From Candidatus Woesearchaeota archaeon (GTDB lineage Archaea; Nanobdellota; Nanobdellia; Woesearchaeales; GW2011-AR15): a stretch of DNA of 64,000 nucleotides. The translations under genes and the position numbers were made by a program. The notes below the pieces were generated by a model, which worked only from the letters and a program-made list of their open reading frames with translations, had not been told where the DNA came from and ran no database searches. The stretch lies in contig JAVZBY010000002.1 of the NCBI GenBank assembly GCA_038874655.1, positions 42,238 through 106,237 of the forward strand, read 5' to 3'. Of the stretch, positions 48,501-57,500 are shown one piece after another. How positions within the stretch are numbered: the stretch's first letter is position 1; every line of letters begins with the position of its first letter.

Positions 48501-51500
48501 ATAACAAACACAACCTTCTTGTTATATAATCTTCCTGATAACATTTATTTATTAAATGGCACATCTACAACACAAACATCAGGATATTATATTTATGATA
48601 ATCCTGATTTACAAATAACTGACTCAGGATACTTTAATTTAAGTGTCCAATGTTTCAATTCATTTAATAAAAACCAAACAAATACTACAGCATGGAATTT
48701 AGCTTGGGGTACTTTAAGTTCTCAATTAATTTATCCATTTGAGCCTATATCTGTTCCTCAAAATTCAACTTTTAATTTTACTTCAAGATTAACTTGTTTA
48801 GGTGGTGAATGTGGTGATGTAAATGCAACATTGGATCCGATTTATATTGTTTTATTTAATCATACCTTTGAAACAGGATTAGAAGATTTTATTTGGTTAG
48901 ATGACATTTATGGCACAAATCAACCAACACAATCAGAGGGTTATGTTACAAACAGAATTTTTTGTCCTAATGGTTTTTGTTTATTTGGTGATTTGCATAC
49001 TGTAAATAATAGCAATACAGGTCCTTGGAGTGGTGGCTTTAACAAAACATTTAATTTAACATCTTATACCTATGGATTAAAAGCAAACATTACAGTTAAT
49101 ATAACTTTTGATTATAACTTAATAATAGATCAGACAACAGAAGCAGGAGAATATGTTTATCTTTATTATAGAAATATCACCTCAAAAACATCTGTACAAG
49201 GTCCTAACATACAAGGTTCAGGAGCAGGCGGAACTGATGAGGTATTTGAAAATGTCTCAGGTAGAATTTCTTTAATATTTTATAATGTCTCTGATGTTTT
49301 TTCATTTGATGTTGGTTGTTATATGACTGACACAAATGCCAATGACGAAGACGGTGGTTGTTTTATTGATAATATTTTAATTCAAGCAACTGTTGAATTA
49401 AATAAAGGAAAAATTTCTAATATCCCCGGAACAAAACCCTTCTGGACATTGTCACCTAATCCTTATACAGAAGCGAATTTAGCATGTTTAAGAAATATGA
49501 TAGCTGGCCAAAGTTGTAACACTACTTGGGTTGTTAATGCAACAGGTCCTTTATACACGACATGGGACTTTTTTGTTTTATATGAGCCTACAGAATATTC
49601 AAGTTATCTTTCATTTAATAAATCTAAATCAGTTAATATAACAATAACCGATATGGTTAGACCTGTTATTACTTTTGTACAATGTCAAAGAAATTCAACT
49701 TCTTGGGTTTCATGTGATTCTATAAAATACAATGAATACATCTCAGGTGTTAGAGGCACTTGCACATATACAGAAGGCATTATAACAAGTATGAGTTTTA
49801 ATTTAAAAAACCAATTTTACAATAGGACTTATTTTGATGTTTCAACCACAGACAATTCAACTAACTATTGGACATCAACCTTTAGTCCAATTAGAGTTAA
49901 TAACTCAGGTAATTTTGCTTTGTATTCAAGGTGTTATGCAAACTCTCTATTTGGTGATTATTCATTAAATTGGTCTTTACCTTATGGAACAATCTATATT
50001 TCATGGATAAATTTATCTAGTGAAGTAAATGTAACGCAAAATAAATTTTCTAATTTTTCTGTTTTATTAACATGTCAAGGAGGAGAATGTATAAACATAA
50101 GTGCATTTATTGATCCAGAAATAGGCCAACAATTTGCATTAATGACCTTTGATGGTTCAACTAATTTTCCATTAAGGGATGGTCTATGTAACACAGCAAC
50201 AGATACATGCGCATTAAGTAATCCTTGGGATGATTTTGACAATTGTATTGCAGGAAATGGTCAATATGGAATATGTGCATCAAGATATGCTGGCTCTGGT
50301 GGAACAGAAAGAGGTTTATTATGCCAAGGATGTGATAGAAATAATGCAGGAAACACAGGCGGCTTATATATTTCATTAAACTCAACACCATGTGGTGGCT
50401 ATCCTTGTCAATATATTTTTATTTCATATTATCAAGCAGTACAAAGCATGGATGCAGCAAATGAAGGCAGTGTTGTTTTAGTTAGGGATAATGATGGTAT
50501 TTGGCGAGAAGTTTCAAGATGTATTGATAATGACTTATGCGATTGTGATAGAATAGCAGGATGTACTTTAGCCACAATCGGACAATATGCACAATATGTA
50601 AATGTAAATTTATGTGATATCCCAGGAATTGATTGTACTCAACCATTAGATATATTTTTCACTTCTTACGCAACTAATGTAAATCAAGGAACTGGAGATT
50701 ACTTTATGTGGGATCAAATTAATATAACAGGCTATTTACCAAAAGGGATTATATCTTATGGAAGTGGCTCTCCTTTTTATACTACCTATGCTAATCCTGT
50801 TTATAGACAAAATAATTCATGTTTAGCTTATTTAGATGTAGGCCAATCTTGTATAATTACCTGGCCAGTAAATGCAACAGGAAACTTAAATTCTCTACAC
50901 GAATTTTATGTAAATGCCACAACCTTTAATAATCAAACAACTCAAAGTTCAATAATTGATGTAAGAATAACAGATAATAAACTGCCTTATGTTTCTTTTA
51001 TAACTTTGAATCCAATTAATCCAACTTCTTATGATAATTTAAATTGCTCATTTATAATAAATGATGCTAATTATTTTGATAAATTATATGCAAACATAAC
51101 ATGGTATAGAAATGATATTGTTTATTCAAATCAAATGATATCCATTAATAATAATCAATTAACTTCAGTAATTTTATCAAGCTCCAATACAAATAACGGA
51201 GAAGTTTGGCATTGTGGTATAACACCTTATGACGAAACTGTTTATGGAAATCAATTAAATTCAACAAAAGTCAATATCCTAATTAGTCAGCCACCAATAA
51301 TCTCTAATGTACAATGCCAAAGAAACTCAACTTCCTGGGTATCATGTTCAGATATTAAGTTTAATGATATTTTAACAATGGTTAGAGCACAATGCATAGA
51401 TTTAGATGGTTATGTAATGAATGTTACTTTTAATTTAACAAATTTTGAAGACAAATATTTATTTTTTAAAAATACAACCTATATGCCAGAATCAGGATAT

Positions 51501-54500
51501 TACTACTTTAATAATACAGATATCCTAATAAGAGATTCTGGTAATTTTAATTTATCTGTTTCTTGTATTGATGATACTAATGTAGAAACAGTTTATTATT
51601 TAACTTGGCTTGTTCCATTTGGAAAATTAAAAGGGCAATGGTTAAATCCCCCAAATATTAATGTAAATGTTACTAGGTATAAATTATCTAACTTCTCAGT
51701 TAGAATTATATGCGAGGGTGGTGAATGCGGAAATATTACTGCGGTTTTAGATCCCTTAATATTATATCCACAAGCGAACATGGATTTTGAATCTCCAACT
51801 AATTTTCCATTAGCCACTGGACAATGTGGCACTGGCGCAGGTTGGCAATGTGCAGATTCTTCTCCTTGGGATGATTTTGACAATTGTATAGGCGGAAATG
51901 GTGTTTATGGTATTTGTGCATCAACAGAAGCAAACTCAGGAGAAACAGGCATTAGAGGTTTAGAATGTAGGGGTTGTGATAGAGCAGATGCATTAAACCA
52001 AGGTGGATTATACATAAACATTCCAGCAAGATCTTGCAATGACTATGTTTGTGAGCAAATCAATATTTCTTTTTACCAAATTGTTCAAAGTATGGATAAT
52101 GCAAATGAAGGAAGCGCTGTCTTAGTAAGAGATGAAGATGGAATTTGGCGTAATTTAACAACTTGTATGGATAATCAACCAAGATGTGATTGTGATGTCA
52201 TTCCTGGCTGTACTAGAGCAGAAATGGGTGCTTATGCTCAATTTTTCAAAAAAGATTTATGTCAAGTTCCAGGAATAAATTGCAGTCAAAATATAAGTAT
52301 TTTATTTACTTCTTATAATCTAATAAATCATGGAACAGACGATTATTTCGCATGGGATAAAATTTTAGTTGAGAAATATGGACAAAAAGGCATTATTCCA
52401 GTTGGTAGTGGTTTTCCATTTTATGTAATTGAAAACAATCCTAGAACATGGAATGATTTTTCATGTTTATATAATATGACCTCTGGAGACTCATGTGAAA
52501 TTACATGGCAAGTAAATGCAACTGGAAACTATAATAAAACACATGAGTTTTTTGCTTATTTTAATTCAACATATTCAGCTATCGAATTAAATGAAACAAA
52601 ACATATTTATGTAACAATTACAGATAACTTTCCACCGAGAGTTACTTATGTCGAAATTGGTCCAGAAGTTGCGCTTAATGATACAGATATCTATTGTAGC
52701 TTTATTATAACAGATCCAAATTACTTTGATAGTTTATGGGCTAATATAACATGGTATAGAAATAAAACTTTCTACTTTAATCAACAAGTTCCTATATCCA
52801 TAAATACACTAACACAAGTTTATTTATTGGCAAATAATACAGAGCCAGGTGAATATTGGCACTGTGGTGTAACACCTTTTGATGGTTCTATTTATGGAAA
52901 TCAAGTTAATTCAACAAATTTAACAATTTATTTATATCCACCCCCAAGCATAAATTCAATACAATGTAATGTGAATGGATTATGGAAAGATTGTAAAAAT
53001 ATTTTGTATTTTACTAATTTTTCAGCAATAAGAACTAATTGTTCCTCAAATGAAGGAATGGTTAATGCAACATTTAACTTCACAAATATTCCTGATAATA
53101 AAGTATTCTTTAACAATTTAACAACAACCTACTCAAATGGCTATTTTATTTTTGATTTTGAAGACATAAACATTACAGATTCAGGTGAAATGGAAATTTA
53201 TGCAAAATGTATAGATAATGTTAATCAAGTTGTTTATGGAAAAGTAAATTGGACAATTCTTTGGGGAACACTAACAGCATCCTTAGTTTATCCAGACTCA
53301 GATACAAGTGTTCAAAGAAATAACTTCTTTACTTTCCAAGCAAGAGTAACTTGCTCGGGGGGTGAATGTGGAAACATAAATGCAACATTAGATCCTTATA
53401 CAAATTCAACTATTTATGATTTTAAGCAAGGATATAATATTGATAAATTCGCTTGGGTCATAGATAGTAATAATAATCCACCAGAGTCATTGCCAAATTC
53501 AAGAACAGCATTAACTTTAGCACAAGTTGCACTGATAAATGTTTCAGATAATAATAGATATACAATGCCAGATCCAGGAGCGGGTGATTGGATTTCATTG
53601 GATATGATAATGAATATAAAAGAAAAAAGAGAAGACATAACAAAAATGCAATTTTATTTTGAGGGTTATCCTAATATAGCATCAACATTACAAATATATG
53701 CATGGAATTTTAATACAAATACATGGAACTCATTAGGAACACAGTCTTTTTCAACAGGTTCTGACCAAATAATGACAGTAAATATAACATCAAATATATT
53801 AAATTACATAAATGCTTCAAACAATAATATAAGATGGCTTTTATTAAATACATTAACTAGTGAATACATATTAGTTGATTATGTTTATGTAAATATAACT
53901 TATAATGCGTATAAAGGAATTATCCCAAGACAAGAAGGTGCAATTCCTTTTTATACAAGAGACTATAACCCAAAAGATTATACAAATCAATCCTGTTTGG
54001 GCAATATGATATCCGGCCAATCATGTATTGCATCATGGTTAGTTAATGCCACAGGACCTTTAGGTTCAACACATGAATTTTTTGTTTATTTCAATGCAAC
54101 AAATTATTCACAATATATTATGCCTAAAGAAACAACCCATATCTTTATTACAATAACAGATTCAACATTAGTACCGCCAATTGTTATTTTAAATGATCCT
54201 CAAGATAATTTATACACAAATAATCAAAATATTATATTTAATTGTTCAGTTACAGATAATTTTAATTTAAAAAATATTAGTTTAGTAGCTGATTTCAACG
54301 GAATTTTTGATATAAATGAAACTTATCAAATAACTGGAACATCAAACACATCTTTATTTTACAAATATTTAGATGATGGAAAATACATATGGAATTGTTT
54401 GGCTTATGATTCAGATAATAATTTAGATTGGGGAAATTCAAATAGAACTTTAACAATTGATACAAAAGAGCCAACAATAATCTTAAATAATCCTTTAAAT

Positions 54501-57500
54501 GAGTCCTCTTTTACTACAACAAACCTTGCTTTAAACTTTACAGTAATTGATGCATTAGATAAAATACTAAATTGTGATTTATACTTAAATGGATTTTTAT
54601 ATCAGCAAAATATTAATGCAAACAATAATTCTAATACAATAATTAATTTAATAAATTTAACACCTAATACTTACAAATGGTTTATTACTTGTATAGATGA
54701 TGCAACAAATATGAATGTTAGTGAAGAATATATATTTTATATATCAGATTTACCTCCAAGTGTCAGCTTATTAACACCTAACAATATTTATTTTAGAACA
54801 CCAAACATTTCATTATTTTATTTTGCTACAGATAATTTAAATATTAATCTATCAACTTTGATATTAAATGGTTATCCTTTTGCATATCAATATAATTTAG
54901 GAACATCAGTAATATCAAGTTTTAATTTAACTTATATGCCAGAGGGATTATATAATTGGACTGTTAATGTTTCTGATTCTAGTAATTTAACAGATCAAGC
55001 CCCATATAGATATTTCACGATAGATTATACAGAACCAATAATTTACATTTATGCTCCAGATAATAATTTGACAATTAATGAAACACAAACAAGAATCAAC
55101 TTTACAGTTGTAGATAATTTAGATTTCATGATAATGTGTAATCTCACTATAAATAATCAAATTGCTCAAACAAACATACCAGCAATTAATAATTCTTTTG
55201 TTTCATATTTAATTACAAATTTCTATGATGGTTTAAATTATTGGAATTTAACATGTTTTGATGATGCAGGTAATTATATCACTTCTGAAACGAGGATACT
55301 AAATGTTAGTGCTCCTCCAAATGTTGTTTTAAATTATCCCTTTAATAATCATTTCCAAAACCAACAAAATATAACTTTATATTATACACCACAAGATAAT
55401 GTTAATTTATCTGTCTGTGAATTATTTATTAATGGTCAATATAATCAATCAAACATTGAAATAACAAATGGAGTACAAAATACATTTGAATTAACATCCT
55501 TAAGTGAAAACATATACTCTTGGTCTGTAAGATGTAATGATACTTCTAATCTTTCAACAATGTCAGAAACAAGAATATTTACAATAGATTTGACAAAGCC
55601 AACAATTTATTTATTATATCCAAATAATGGTGATACTATTTATGGAAAATGGACCAATTTTAATTTTAGTGTTATTGATAACTTTGATATAAACTTATCT
55701 TGTAATATTACAGTTGACGGATTAATAAGAAAATCTAATTTACCTGTTTTGAATAACACACCAACTAATTTTACAATAAATGTAAGTGATGAAGGTCCTC
55801 ACACATGGTATATAACCTGTATAGATGATGCAACTAATTTTAATGTCAGTGAAACAAGAAATTATTTCACAACAAATCCGCCAGAAGTGCAATTAGTTTT
55901 CCCTAATAATGGAGCAATTATTAATTATAACTTAATTAATTTCACTTATATACCGATTGATGATAATTTAGCAAGTGCAACCTTAATTTTAAATGGACTA
56001 AGAAATGAAACAAATACTACTTTATACAATGAACTAGAGAATTATTTCAGAATTTATTTAACAGATGGAATTTATAATTGGACTGTCAATGTAACAGACG
56101 CAACAAATCTTTATACAATGCCTGATGTATTAACTTTTACAATAGATTCAACACCTCCATTAATAACAATACATCATCCTGCTGGTTTTGAAATATTAGA
56201 TTGGAATAATATCACCTTCAACTTTACTGTGAGTGATAATTTATTTCAACCAATTTATTGTAATATAAGTATTAATTCAGTTCCACAATTTACTAATATT
56301 CCAGTAAATAATAATTCCAATGTAATTAGATATTATTCTCTAAATGATGGTACTCATTCATGGCAAGTTAGATGTATTGATTTAACAAATAATACTGCAA
56401 TACAAACACAGAATTTCATAGTAGAAGCACCACCAAGAGTAAATCTAATAAATCCAGTAAATCAAACAAGAACAACACAACAATCTTTTAATTTCCAATA
56501 TTTACCCTATGATGTCTTTGGTCTTTATAATTGTACTTTAATATTAGATAATAAATTAAATGAATCTAGTTCCTCTATATTGAATAACCAAATTAACACT
56601 TTATTTGTTTCATATATACCAGAAGGTTTACATAATTGGACAGTAAGATGTATTGATAATCCTCCAGATTATAATTCATATCAGCCAGAACCTTGGCAAT
56701 TTAGAATTGACTTAACAGGACCAACAATAATTCTAAAATATCCTATGCAAGACCAAACATTTAATTTAAACAATATTACTTTTAATTACACGGCAATTGA
56801 TTCTGATAATATTATAATTGATTGTAATATATCTGTGTCAGACCCATATGGAAATAGATTAAATGCAACTTCAATGCCTGCAGGATATGATCATATAATA
56901 ACTATAACAAATCTTGCAGATGGAGATCATTATTGGAATGTTACTTGTGTAGATGATCTAGGAAATGTTAATACAAGTGAAACAAGAAGATTTATTATTA
57001 ATCAACCAGATTTATTTACAAATAATAATCTTGTTTTCCTAAACAACATAAATCCAGATTTATATGAAAACATTACAATTTCCATAAATGTATCAAATAT
57101 AGGTGGACAACCAGCAAACAATGTTTTAGTAAACTTCTATGATGGAAATCCGAATTTAGGTGGCTTATTTATAGGTAATGATACTAACTCAGTTGCAATA
57201 AACCAAACTATTGCATTTACAACATCATGGCTAATAACACCAGGTTATCATACAATTTACATTAGTGTAGATCCATATAATCAGATTTCTGAATTAGATG
57301 AAACTAATAATAATGCAACAATTAATATAAGTGTATTATGGGCTAACATTACAAATCCAAAAAATCAATCCTGGTTTAATACATTAATAGTTCCAATAAA
57401 CTTTACTGCATATGATTACACAGGAAATTCAATTACTTATATTGTTTTAATTGATAATACTCCTAATGGTCAAAATGGTTATGTAATTGATAGCATAAAT

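Noticed and set aside
49680-52200. Near-identical DNA segments in the giant gene as a possible DGR template/variable pair
   Set aside because: Differences inspected are mostly third-position and not adenine-specific, both copies are coding, and no reverse transcriptase is in the window.
2679-54477. Short (60-130 aa) ORFs nested in or antisense to long genes, e.g. 2679, 5377, 6432, 10329, 18996, 23182, 25206, 41124, 51596
   Set aside because: Fully overlap well-supported genes and have the F/S/I/L-rich composition typical of antisense frames; no motifs.
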